Origin: Octopus vulgaris | Lineage: Eukaryota | Direction of reading: 5' to 3' | Assembly: GCA_951406725.2 (NCBI GenBank) | Contig: OX597829.1 | Location: 37,882,001-37,946,000 of the forward strand | DNA length: 64,000 nt | Shown: positions 49,946 through 62,428 of the stretch, one piece after another | Numbering within the stretch: position 1 is the first letter of the stretch | Layout of the letters: every line of letters starts with the position of its first letter | Program-made: the position numbers and the translations under genes | Notes under the pieces: model-generated | Seen by the model: only the letters and a program-made list of their open reading frames with translations | Database searches by the model: none | Told to the model about the DNA's origin: nothing

Positions 49946-51192
49946 CTCCTTTCTCTTCTCAGTTTTTAACATCCACTTTTCCATTCTTGCATGTGTCAGA
50001 GTCTATGGGGACAATTTTTTTTTTAATGTTTGGATGCTCTTCCTATCACCAACCTTTACCAATTTCCAAGCATAGCAATAATCCTCATGTTTTTGGTGAT
50101 GTGTTTCTGCAGATTATTAGAAATGAATAACATTTATTTACAAAAATTTCAAGACAAGGTGACCCAAAACAGACTCAGGTTGATGAGACGTACTTCCAGA
50201 TACCCTTCCTGATATCAATCCTTTTTAGTCACTTTTTATGGTGTACTTATTCTTAAAATCAGAATACATGTGGTATGAAAAGCAAACAAGTCTACCCATG
50301 GGATACAAACCAGTCTATCATATGCTAGACTATTATCTGATATGTCAGTATACTATATGGCAGTGTAGCATGGACACTGACAAAGAAATTATCAATCAGG
50401 CTAAATAGATGCTACACAAGCAACATCATCATCATTGTCATCATCATCATCATCGTTTACCGTCTGTTTTCCATGCTGGCATGGGTTGGATGGTTCGGCT
50501 GGGGTCAGGGAAGCCAGGAAGCTGCACCAGCTTTCAATCTGATCTGGCAGTGTTTCTACAGCTGGATGCCCTTCCTAATGCCAACCACTCTGAGAATGTA
50601 GTGGGTGTTGGCATCAGTCACGTTTGGATGGTGCTTTTTACGCACCACCGGCACAGGAGCCAATCGGGTCGAGGGGGCTGACATCGACTACGTTTGGATA
50701 GTGCTTTTTACATGCCACTGGCATGGGGAACCTGATAGGCGGTGCTGGCATCAGCGACAACTACAATTTCCATTTGATTGTGGTTTGATTTGATTTTGAT
50801 GTTGATGATGTACATGACTCCATAGGTCTCCTCAAGCATGGCATGTCACCCATGACCCAATTGTACTTTTTAAATAGGCTGGTTATGCAACACTGGTGAC
50901 AGCTGTGACCTCACTTTATTTGCTGGGTCTTTTCAGTCACAGCATATCTTCAAAGATCTTGGTCTTTTGTCATTGCCTCTGTGAGGCCCAACGTTCAAAG
51001 GTCATGCTTCACCACCTCATCCCATATCTTTCTGGGTCTCCCTTTTTCTCCAGGTTCCTTCCACTGTTGGGAGTGGCACTTCTTCACACAGCTCTCCCCA
51101 TCCATCATACAGCTCTCCCCATCCATCATACAGCTCTCCCCATCCATAGTACATGACCATACCAGTGCAGATGTCTTCCTTGCATGCCAACA

Positions 51193-51520
51193 GCATATGA
51201 CAAATGAATGCCTTTTTGGTAACCTGCTGAAAGTTAATGAGAAGATCAGGTAAAGACAGCTGCAACTGTCTGGTCACTGCGTGCAACACTCTGAACTGGA
51301 AGCATCAAAATTAGTCTTGTGGAACCAACGTCATGGTCATGTAAGAAGAGGAAAACATCGTCACACTTACATTGACAACTTGATTGCAGACACTGGCCTG
51401 GAATGTATCCAAGACCTAGAGACAGTGATGATGGATGGAGGAGTATGATGGGTGGACTTTGTTGCCTCAGTCAGGTTGGAACCCAGCCATAATAATAATA
51501 ATAATAAATAATTATAATAT
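51193..51520 (+). mobile_element. RTE/RTEX-like LINE 3' fragment
   Basis: HMTNECLFGNL..KIR*RQLQLSGHC...SKLVLW...HGHVRRGK...TYIDNL..DTGL; (AAT)n tail. Confidence 0.7.
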
Positions 51521-52097
51521 GCCAATCAACTACGTTAGTAAATCCACAGTTTCCATATGCCATATCCTACTCACAAGGCATTTGTAAACCCAAGGTTGAA
51601 ATAAAAATCAATTGTACCCAAGATCACCCCCCTCACACACACACACAATGGAAACAAGCACGAAACAATTTTGTTGCGAGATGAATTTCATAACCACCCC
51701 AAATTATGCCATCTGTACGTATGTCTACATTTTTATTGCTGTTATTATTTACTCTTACTTTGCTATAACACAAGAGAAGAAAAAATAAACATAACTGGAA
51801 GACACACACCAAAAAAAAAAAACACAAAAAAAAAACAAACTACCCATTAAGAAAACAAATATCATTGGACAATCATTTTTATTTCGTTTTTATTTTTAAT
51901 ATACTTTTATTAGGTTGCTTTTCATATTTTTTTTTTATGTATGTTTCTCTTTTTTGTTGTACTTTTTGCTTTGTATAATTTTTATTAGCAGAAAGCTAAT
52001 ATGACTGACTGGGTTTTCTACATCTCTTATTGATTAGTGGTTGATAGCCGATGAAATAAAACGAAGGAAAAATAACAATATTATATCAGAGATGAAC

Positions 52098-52601
52098 GGT
52101 GGAGGAGACAGTGGTGGTGATAGTGGTGGTGGTCATGGTGATGGTAGTGTTGGAGTTGTTGTTACTAATAATGTAGCTGCTGGTGGTGGTGGTGGTGATG
52201 GTAGTAGTATTATTTTTGTTAATGATGTTTGTCAGTTCATTGCTAGTGTTGGTGGTAGTGACAATGGTGGAGGCAGTAGTAGTGGTGGTGGTGTTGTGTA
52301 ATACTGTTGATGGTGGTGGTGGTGATGGTGGTGCTGTGATGATGTTGTTTGTGCTGTTGTTGCTATTGGTGGTACTGCTTGGTGTTGTTATTTTTGTTGT
52401 CGTGTCGTTGTTGTTGTTGTTGGTGGTGGTGGTGCTGGTGCTGTTGATGTTGTTGCCATTATGGTTGTTGTTGGTGCTTTAGATGGTGGTAGTGGTGATG
52501 ATGGTGGTGGTGGTGGTGGTGATACTGGTGGTGGCTGTGGTGATGATGACGACGAGAACAATGATGATGACGACGAGAACAATGATGATGACAATGTGTC
52601 G

Positions 52602-52632
<31 letters not shown>

Positions 52633-52643
52633 TGTTGTTGTTG

Positions 52644-52675
<32 letters not shown>

Positions 52676-52972
52676 GGTGATGGTGCTGTTGATGTCGTTG
52701 CCATTATGGTTGTCGTTGGTGCTTTAGATGGTGGTGATGATGGTGGAGGTGGTGGTGATGATGGTGGTGATGATGGTGGTGGTGGTGGTGATGATGGTGG
52801 TGGTGGTGGTGATGATGCTGGTGGTGGTGGTGGTGCTTAGAGACATTGTTGGTTGTAGTTGTAGTAGTGGTGATAGTGGTAGGAGTGTTGTTGTTGTTGT
52901 TGTTGCTGCCACTGCCACTGCCACCACCACCACCACCCGCCACTGCCGCTGGTTGTGGTGGTTGTGATGCTG
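52098..52972. repeat. Compound trinucleotide low-complexity tract (GGT/GAT/GTT/GCT) with an internal ~55-bp duplication
   Basis: 'ggtgctgttgatgt.gttgccattatggttgt.gttggtgctttagatggtggt' at ~52437 and ~52682. Confidence 0.9.
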
Positions 52973-53439
52973 ATGTCGGTAGTACTTATGGTCAATGCAA
53001 TGATATTAGCGTGGGAACACATACAGATAAATTATAAGGATAGCAGGAAAGGCAGGAGGGAGAGAAGAAAGGAGTTAATTTATTCTCTTTATTTTAGTTT
53101 TTTTTTTTTTTTTTGTGCATGTGCCTGATTGTTAATTAATGTAATAAATAAATGGAGGTTTAGATGTTATTAAAAGAACGGTAACCAGGATCACAATGGT
53201 TAATGGTTAATGGTTAATGGTTAATAGAATGAAAGTGGTAACTATGGCAACAAGTTGTGGAGGAAATATAAAGTAATAAGTCTGGTTAAAAGAGAAACGA
53301 AGAAAGGGTGAGGGAATGGTTACCAAATAAGGAAATATTAATTAGGGAAACTGTAGAAATATGGAGCAAGGAAGGTTAATTAAGAATTTCTTTAGATTAG
53401 GGATTAAGCTCTATATGTGTGCATGGGAAAGAAGTGAAT

Positions 53440-53798
53440 GTGCGTTTGTGTGTTAGTATATGCACGTGTGTGTTAGTATATGCACGTGTGTGCATGTGTG
53501 TGTGTGCGTGCATGCATGTGTGCATGCATGCATGTATGTGTGTGTGTATGTTTTGTGTGTGGGTGTGCATGTGTGTGTGCATGCATGTGTGTGTGTGCAT
53601 GTGTGTGTGTGTTGTGCGTTTTGTGTGCGTGCATGTGTGCATGCGTGCATGTGTGCATGCATGCATGTGTGTGTGTTGTGTGTGTGTGCATGTGTGTGGG
53701 TGTGCATGTGTGTGTGCATGCATGTGTGTGTGTGCATGTTTGTGTGTGTTGTGTGTGTGTGTTGTGTATGTGTGTATGTGTATGTGTGTGTGTGTGTG
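53440..53798. repeat. Alternating purine-pyrimidine (TG/TGCA)n tract
   Basis: About 350 bp of TG/CA alternation; accounts for the CV- and HT-rich ORFs. Confidence 0.92.
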
Positions 53799-54100
53799 AT
53801 TTTGTTGTTATTGTTTAGCTGCATGTCCACACTTTTATTTTATATTTTAATGGTATGAACAAAAGAGAAATGGTAATGCTCATAGCCCCTTTCAGAGCCT
53901 CTGAGACTACTAGGTAGAAATTATTCCTAGACCAAAGGCCTGCTGTTACTGTTGTTGTTATTGTTGTTTAGCTGATGGGTCATCCTTGATTCAATAGATC
54001 CATCATGGAAAGACAATCCATGATCATGCAAGCATTTTCCAAAAGGTACAGGTAAAGTAATCTTGGGTATGACTTTAAACAGCATCTGGTAGTGAGGCCC

Positions 54101-54336
54101 TTATTTCTTTATTGCCCACAAGAGGCTAAACATAGAGGGGACAAACAAGGACAGACAAAGGGATTAAGTCGATTATATCGACCCTAGTATGTAACTGGTA
54201 CTTAATTTATTGACTCCTAAAGGATGAAAGGCAAATTCAACCTCGGCGGAATTTGAACTCAGAACGTAACAGCAGACGAAATACTGCTAAACATTTCACC
54301 CGATGTGCTAATGTTTCTGCCAGCTCGCTGCCTTAA
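54101..54336 (-). mobile_element. SINE-A with 16-bp TSD
   Basis: atctggtagtgaggcc at 54084-54099 and 54337-54352. Confidence 0.9.
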
Positions 54337-54854
54337 ATCTGGTAGTGAGGCCTTGGTTCAGGAGATTCAAGGTCCTGAAGATTATGGAACCATCTCTTGG
54401 CCACTATTGTTCCTAGGTCTACTCTGAGTATTGGCGCCTGTCAGGGCCTCAGTTATCAGTTAACTGGCATATAACCACCTGAGACAGCATGTTGAAATTA
54501 TAGTATGCAGAATGATGGATGTGAACTATTTCAGCAGATAAATTTATTGAATTGATGGTGAATATCACTAGATGCTGATCAGATAGAAAGATAGCAATTA
54601 GTCAACAGCCAAAATAAACCAGTTCAGTTAGCAAACTACAGTTATCATAAATAAACATGGTATGTGCAGATTAGATATTTCAGCAAGCATGAGACCAATA
54701 TGATATATTGGTTTGGGTAAGTCACCCAATTTGGATGGATGGACAGTAAAGAATCTCAGACATTCATCTCTTTTATCAATGGGTAACTCCAGTTAATCAA
54801 TCAACTGAAATACCTATTCACTGGGTGGCTGAGTATTTCAAAGATACATGTACC

Positions 54855-55074
54855 TATTTCTTTACTATCCATGCAGAGAGGACAAACAAGGACAGACAAA
54901 TGGATTAAGTCGATTATATCTACTCAAGTGTGTAACTGGTACTTGTTTAATCGATCCCGAAAGGATGAAAGATAAAGTCGACCTCGGCGGAATTTGAACT
55001 CAGAATGCAGCGCGGACAAAATACCACAAAGCATTTTGCCCGGCGTGCTAACGTTTCTGCCAGCTCACCGCCTT
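54855..55074 (-). mobile_element. SINE-A with ~18-bp TSD
   Basis: tcaaagat(a/g)catgtacct on both flanks. Confidence 0.88.
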
Positions 55075-55408
55075 TTTCAAAGATGCATGTACCTTTAATG
55101 TAATATTTAGGAAAATAAAGCTTGACACAGTATGTAATGAAGTTTACCTTTGAACTACAGGTGTAAATTAGCAAAAAGCATGCCCCACCCCAAATTTCCA
55201 TCTACCCAATTCCAGTCACAAGATTTAAGTTGACCCTGGGTTACATTACAAGACATTTGTCCAAGATATCGTGCAGTGCGATCAAACTCAAGACCTTATG
55301 ATTTTAAGCAAACTTCATAACCACTAGAGAACGTGTACCAAGACATACTGTATCCATTATTCTGAGTGCACACACAATTTTCTGGATATATGTAGTTTTC
55401 ATCATTAT

Positions 55409-55856
55409 TTAACCCTTTCGTTACTGCATTTCTGTTGAGATGATCTGTGTTTCTTTCAATTAATTTTAAATATTACAAAGAACTTAGTAAAATAACTTAG
55501 TTATCACTAAGTTAGTGTTAGGAACATAAACTGCGACTAAGGTTTGGTGGAAGATTTTAATTCAAAACTTATAGAAACAAGATGTTTGTACTCAGAGCCA
55601 GTTTCAGCCAGTATCAAAAGGGTTAAGAATTGTTTCTCTATTATATATTTTAACGCTTTTGATACAGTATTTCTGTTGAGATGCTCTGTGTTTCTTTTAA
55701 TTAATTTTAAATATAACAAAGAACTTAGTAAAATAACTTCGTTATCATTAAGCTAGTGTTAGGAACATAAACTGTAACTAAGGTTTGGTGGAAGATTTTA
55801 ATTCAAAACTCATGAAAACAAGCCGGTTTCAGCTGGGTTGGTAATGAAAGAGTTAA
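55409..55856 (-). mobile_element. piggyBac-type MITE dimer (same family as 46854-47327, opposite orientation)
   Basis: Units 55413-55622 and 55654-55852 bounded by TTAA; the spacer is the reverse complement of the one at ~47080-47105. Confidence 0.85.
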
Positions 55857-56222
55857 GACAGTAGGTTACTGTTTGAATGCTATTTGACTGTTATTTCTAG
55901 TAACCACGTTCAAGTTTCTTTGGTTGTTGCTTAGCCTCACATCAGTCCTAACCTAGAAGACCTATGATCAAAGTTATTCCAACCATGACTGTTCTGATTT
56001 TTTTGCAATCCTTGTTTTGCATTGACCAATGTGTCCTTTCTTTTCTTTAAGACCAGAAGATGTTATTTAATGTAGATTTGGCTTCTATTTCTTGCATTTT
56101 GAGTGGCCACCCACTATAGAGGTGGGGTAAACCTGCTGTAGCAAAATTTCATCCACATCCAAATCTGAAAATGTCATCTTGTAATCTAAACAGTCGTTGT
56201 TGCTTTCAGTGTCAGCATTATC

Positions 56223-56457
56223 TATTTCTTTACTACCCACAAGGGGCTAAACACAGAGGGGACAAACAAGAACAGACAAACGGATTAAATCGATTATATC
56301 GACCCTAGTGCGTAACTGGTACTTTATTTATCGACCCCAAAAGGATGAAAGGCAAAGTCGACCTCGGCGGAATTTGAACTCAGAACGTAACGGCAGACGA
56401 AATACGGCTACGCATTTCGCCCAGCGTGCTAACGGTTCTGCCAGCTTGCCACCTTCA
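56223..56457 (-). mobile_element. SINE-A with 19-bp TSD
   Basis: tttcagtgtcagcattatc on both flanks; another SINE-A copy at ~56680-56895. Confidence 0.9.
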
Positions 56458-57852
56458 TTTCAGTGTCAGCATTATCATCATTATCATTCTAACATCCGCT
56501 TTTCTGTGCTTCTTTGGGGCAGATTTTCTATGGCCAGATACCCTTCTTGTTGCCAACCTTCACCTGTTTCCAAGCAAAGGTATGATGGTAAAAACTTGTT
56601 TATAACTATTGCATAATGTCCAAAGCAAAGAGACAGTAACACACACAAAAATGCGTGCACACACACACATACACATATATATTTCTTTACTACCCACAAG
56701 GGGCTAAACATAGAGGGGACAAACAAGGACAGACAAACGGATTAAGTCAATTACATCGACCCCAGTGCGAAACTGGTACTTAATTTATTGACCCAGAAAG
56801 GATGAAAGGCAAAGTCGACCTCGGTGGAATTTGAACTCAGAACGTAACGTCAGACGAAATACCGCTAAGCATTTTGCCCGGCGCGCTAACATTTCCTCTA
56901 GCATATGTCATATATATATGCATGTGTGTGTGTATGAATATACCATTTTTTAAAATCCTTTACTTGTTTTAGTCATTTGACCCTTGAAGGCATTCAGGGA
57001 TTTAGTTGAATAAATCAATCCCAGTGCTTTTATTTCTTTCTTTTTTAACCTGGTAGTTATTCTATCGGTTTTATTTTTACTGAACATCTAGGTTATGGGG
57101 GACATAAACAAACCATCACCAGTTGTCAAGTGGTGATGGTTGGAGGACAAGCAATGCACAAAGACACACATGCACACACACGTGTATATGCACATGCACA
57201 CACACGTGTGTACGCACATGCACACACACATACACATATACACATACACGTGTACGTACATGTGCACACAAACTCACGCATGCATGTGTGTGACAGACTT
57301 GTATATTTTTTCTTTTATCTTTTGCTTCAGTCATTGGGCTGTGGCCATGCTGGGGCACTGATTTGAGTTTAGTGGAACAAACTGACCGCAGTACTTAAGC
57401 TTGGTACTTATTCTACCAACCTCTTTTGCCAAACTACTAAGTTACGGGGACATAAATAAACCAACACCAGTTGTGAAGTGGTGATGGTTTGTATACAAGC
57501 ATGTATACAAAGACACCCACACACACATACACACCCACACACATACATACACGTAATATATACAACAGGCTTCTTTCAGTTCCCATTAAGTAAATCCACT
57601 TACGAGGGACTATAGTAGAAGACATTTGCCCAAGGTGCCAAGCAGAAGGACTGAAGTTGGAACCATGTGGTTAAGAAGCAAACAACTTACCACTCAACCA
57701 AGTCTGTGTGTGTGTGTGTGTACATGCATGTATGTGTGATAGGGTTCTTTCAGTTTCTGTTTCTTTTGTATACCAAATCTACCCACAAGGCTTTGGTTCA
57801 CTTGAAATCATAGTTGGAGACATTTTACCCAATGTGCCACATACTGAGATTG

Positions 57853-58550
57853 TATGTAGTTTTCATCATTATTTAACCCTTTCGTTACTGCATTTCTGTT
57901 GAGATGATCTGTGTTTCTTTCAATTAATTTTAAATATAACAAAGAATTTAGTAAAATAATTTAGTTATCATTCAGCTAGTGTTAAGAACATAAATTGTGA
58001 CTAAGGTTTGGTAGAAGATTTTAATTCAGAACTTATGAAAACAAGACGTTTGTACTCAGAGCCAGTTTCAGCCAGGTTAGTATCAAAAGAGTTAAGAATT
58101 GTTTCTCTATTATATATTTTAACCCTTTCGTTACTGTATTTCTGTTGAGATGCTCTGTGTTTCTTTCAATTAATTTTAAATATAACAAAGAATTTAGTAA
58201 AATAACTTAGTTAACATTCAGCTAGTGTTAAGAACATAAATTGTGACTAAGGTTTGGTAGAAGATTTTAATTCAGAACTTATGAAAACAAGACGTTTGTA
58301 CTCAGAGCCAGTTTCAGCCAGGTTAGTATCAAAAGGGTTAAGAATTGTTTCTCTATTATATATTTTAACCCTTTCGTTACTGTATTTCTGTTGAGATGAT
58401 CTGTGTTTCTTTCAATTAATTTTAAATATAACAAAGAATTTAGTAAAATAATTTAGTTATCATTCAGCTAGTGTTAGGAACATAAATTGTGACTAAGGTT
58501 TGGTAGAAGATTTTAATTCAGAACTTATGAAAACAAGACGTTTGTACTCA
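57853..58550 (-). repeat. Tandem array (246-bp period, about 2.75 units) of the piggyBac-type MITE plus spacer
   Basis: Unit starts at 57877, 58123 and 58369; near-identical; last unit truncated. Confidence 0.92.
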
Positions 58551-59026
58551 TGGTTAGGAAGCAAAAACTTCTTAACCACACATGTCACACCTATTCAAAA
58601 ACAGTAATCTAATATAAAATGCAAGCTTGTTTCTTTCAGCACACATGCTGTCTCGCAGGTTCTTATGTACTTGCAACTTTTTTGTTGGTACTAAAAATAT
58701 TTTCTGGCTCTGTATATGATGACAGTAAGAACTGTGATTCTTCAGTTGTCATTATCTTTATGTCACTTGCCTCAGTCACTATATCAACAAGCTGCTACAA
58801 ACCTAACTAATTAAATAGTTTTCCATAAGCTGTCATCAGTTTGCAGGCTAAAAAAGATGGTATTCCCAGCTTAGAGCTTTCAGACATGTGATTTTGTTCT
58901 GGAGAAGTGGAATGAAGATGTAAATTATTTTATGTGATGTTTAAACATCATCTAGGTAACAAGACACACTTTGGGACATTCATATTTATAAATAGATAAA
59001 TAAATGTACATATACATACACATATG

Positions 59027-59057
<31 letters not shown>

Positions 59058-59160
59058 ATACGTACATACATACATACATACATACATACATACATACATA
59101 CATACATACATACATACATACATACATACATACAGACACACATATATATATACATTTTAA

Positions 59161-59197
<37 letters not shown>

Positions 59198-59281
59198 TTA
59201 TATTAGTTATACGATAATGTATATTTATACACATAAGGAATCCACACTTAGGGTGAAATTCAACACATAGAACCACAAAAA

Positions 59282-59464
59282 TAATGGATAAGATTCGACA
59301 GGAACAAAATTTGGAAATGAAAAATGGTAAATGTTTTTCATTTCCAAATTTTGTTACTGTCGAATCTTATCCGTTAAATACATTTATATATATATGTATA
59401 TAAATTGTATATCTCAAAATAAGCAACAAGGATATCCAGAGGATATCCTTGTTGCTTATTTTGA
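59282..59464. repeat. Two adjacent near-perfect hairpins
   Basis: 59282-59324 / 59334-59376 (43 bp, 9-nt loop) and 59414-59437 / 59441-59464 (24 bp perfect, 3-nt loop). Confidence 0.92.
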
Positions 59465-59658
59465 TTTTAATCATCGTTTTTTTGAAATTTGATGGATAAT
59501 ACTGTACTAAATTCTGGTGCCTCAACTTAAGTACCATATTCATTCAAATCTAAATTTTATGTATATATATATATATACATATATACATATATACAACACA
59601 CACACACACATATATATATATCATAAATTGTATATATAAATAATGTATATTTATGTAT

Positions 59659-59700
<42 letters not shown>

Positions 59701-59705
<5 letters not shown>

Positions 59706-60047
59706 GTAATATCAGTGCCAAGCAGTGTTTAGGAATAAGCAAACTTTGGGTTAGTTAGAACATATTTGTGATATATTTCAACTTCTAAAGGCAAATTCAC
59801 TGCAGTTAATGTGGAGAAAAAATTCATTCTTATGGTAAAAGGTGTAAAAACACCATATTTGCCCAGTGTTTCTCCCTCTCAGATTCCTTGGTGTAGCGTT
59901 TCATGCTCTTTAGCTGTTATCAATAGGAAATACCGAAGAGAGGTAACTCTGAGTAGATTTAAAGCCATAGCTTTATTGCAAACATATTTTAACTAATTTA
60001 AAGTTTACACTATGCCTAAATACTGCTTGGCACTGATACTGCTGAAT
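59701..60047. mobile_element. MITE with ~70-bp imperfect TIRs
   Basis: attcagtaatatcagtgccaagcagtgtttagg... / ...cctaaatactgcttggcactgatactgctgaat; TSD not resolved. Confidence 0.75.
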
Positions 60048-60708
60048 TTCTCCTGACCTTGTGGTCTAATGACACAGCTCAGCCAAAGTTGTTGACTGTG
60101 TCTTATCACTTACTTGTTTCAGTCATTAGACTGTGCCCATGCTGGGGCACCACATTGAAGAATTTTTAGTCAAATTGATTGATCCTAGTACTTTTTTAAA
60201 GCCTGGTATTTGTTCTATTAGCCTCTTTTGCCAAATCTCTGAGCACACCAACAGTGGATTTCTCCCTCTCTTTCTCTGCCTCCCTCTCCCTCTCCCCCTC
60301 CCCCTCTCTCTCTTTAGCCAGGTAAACTTGTACTTTCTCTACAACAAGAATCTGTTTCTGTCTCTTTGCCACATTCTAACCTTTCATCATCTAACACAAG
60401 ATCACCTCCTCCAATGCCCCCTCCCCTCTCATAATTCCTTGCCTTGTGAGTTTCTTGGTGACCCTGTTGGTGCCGGTGCCATGTAAAAAGCATCCAGTCC
60501 ACACTTGGAAGGGCATCCAGCTGTAAACACCCTGCCAAAATGAACAGTGAAGCCTGGTGCAAGCTCCAGCCTGGCCAGCTCCTGTCAAACCATCTGACCC
60601 ATGCCAACATGGGAGGAGGATTTTAAACGATGATGATGATGATGATGACACACATACACACGTGCGCGACACACTCGCACACACACGCACACACACACAC
60701 ATACACAT

Positions 60709-60758
<50 letters not shown>

Positions 60759-61239
60759 GTGCCCGCACACACGCACATGCACGCATACATGCATGAGTGT
60801 GTGTGTGTGTGTGTATTGTATATGTATTTATATGTGTGTATTGGCCCTCAAAATGTAAACTTTGTATTTTCAAAATTTAATAGATTCTATTGTCAGAATT
60901 AAATTTTTTTTCATGAATGCCTGTTTTGACTTTGATAACCATTCAGTTGAAAATATGAAACAATGGAATTCCAAACTTGAAAAAACATTTCATTTATTCT
61001 TTGTGCGCGTTTTCAATTGTTGTCAGTTTTGTACCATAAACTTTATCTTTTAGTCTCTCCAGGAATGAGACAGCATTTCTGGAGCTGGTGGAGTTAGCAA
61101 ATTTAGGACTAACATTTCATTTCCACTTTAGAAAACCCATCAGGATAGCCTGAGTTTCCCAAGGCCTCAACTGACGCAACAATGTGTATAACAATCTGTT
61201 TTTTGCATCATAAGAATTGTGTAAATTTTTGAGAGAAAT

Positions 61240-61577
61240 TGAAATAACTCTGTTATGTTTATATATTTGTTTTGCAAGATTTTTGATGTGAAATCGTGTG
61301 TTGAAACAGATATTGTTGTATTTAGGAATGGTCATTTTGCCAGTTTAGCTGACTGTTAGTAAGGAGAGACACACAAATAAGAAAGAAGAAAGCAAAGGAC
61401 CACTGATGAGGTCACAGAAGTGTGACAAAAGAACTCTGGCCAAAATAAGATTAAGATTAATGTAAAAAATAAATAATGCTGAAGCAAAGTAACACCAAAT
61501 ATAGAGTGTGTGTGTTTTTATTGGCTAAACTGGCAAAATGACCATTCCTAAATACAACAATATGAAATAACTCTGTT
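61240..61577 (+). mobile_element. Penelope-style short insertion with inverted 3' tail, TSD and hammerhead motif
   Basis: 15-bp direct repeat tgaaataactctgtt (61240-61254, 61563-61577); perfect 40-bp inverted repeat 61310-61349 / 61524-61563. Confidence 0.75.
61397..61441 (+). ncRNA. Minimal type-I hammerhead ribozyme motif (GAAA box damaged)
   Basis: GGACCA-CTGATGA-G-GTCACA-gaag-TGTGAC-AAAA-G-aa-CTC-TGGCC: stems I, II and III and the NUH triplet (CUC) are present; the expected CGAAA reads AAAA. Confidence 0.6.
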
Positions 61578-61712
61578 CTGGAACAATATATTTCAAAGCA
61601 CACTACATACAGTAATAAAGAATAACATGGGAATATTGGGTTTAAAAAGCCCTTCTGGTCAGAGAAAGTTGAACTGCCCATGGGACTAGAACCCACATCT
61701 GTAGACATGAAA

Positions 61713-61925
61713 ACTGTGCCCATGCTGGGGCACCACATTGAAGAATTTTTAGTCAAATGGATCAATCCTAGTACTTTATTAAAGACTGGTATTTATTCTA
61801 TTAGCCGCTTTTGCCAAACCTCTGAGCACACCAACATTGGTTGTCAAATGGTGGTTAGGGACAAACACAGACATAAAGACACAGACACACACACGCACGC
61901 ACACACATACACGCATGCGCACACA

Positions 61926-61957
<32 letters not shown>

Positions 61958-62125
61958 TTCGCTATGGTGTTTTTCCGGTTTCTGTCTGTCAGATCTACTC
62001 ACAAGGCTTTGGTCAGCTTGAGGCTACAATAGAAGACACTTAATCAAGGTGCCATGCAGTGGGATTGAATTCGGAATCGTGTGGTTTGGAAGCAAACCTC
62101 TTGTCACATAAGCCATTCCTGCATG
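61713..62125 (-). mobile_element. Older SINE-B copy
   Basis: Degenerate tail, (CA)n and head; first 124 bp duplicated at 60130-60253. Confidence 0.75.
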
Positions 62126-62368
62126 GCTATGTGGTAAGAACAATGTGGCAAGAACAAAGGTTTGAGAGGAACATTGATGACATCAATCTCATCAGTCTAA
62201 ATGGGATTGCAAAAGCTTTGGGCACTGCCCATTCCTTCAGACCCAGCAAGTTAGAAAATTTAATGACTATTTTTTTCTTATCTCATTTAGAGGAGAAAAT
62301 TGGGATAAGATAGGGAAATCATCATCATCACCACCACCACCACCACCACCACCACCACCACCACCACC

Positions 62369-62428
<60 letters not shown>

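Noticed and set aside
53397-53858. Cys/Val- and His/Thr-rich ORFs resembling metal-binding proteins
   Set aside because: Translations of (TG/CA)n repeats; the same applies to the YI-, HT- and CV-rich ORFs throughout the window
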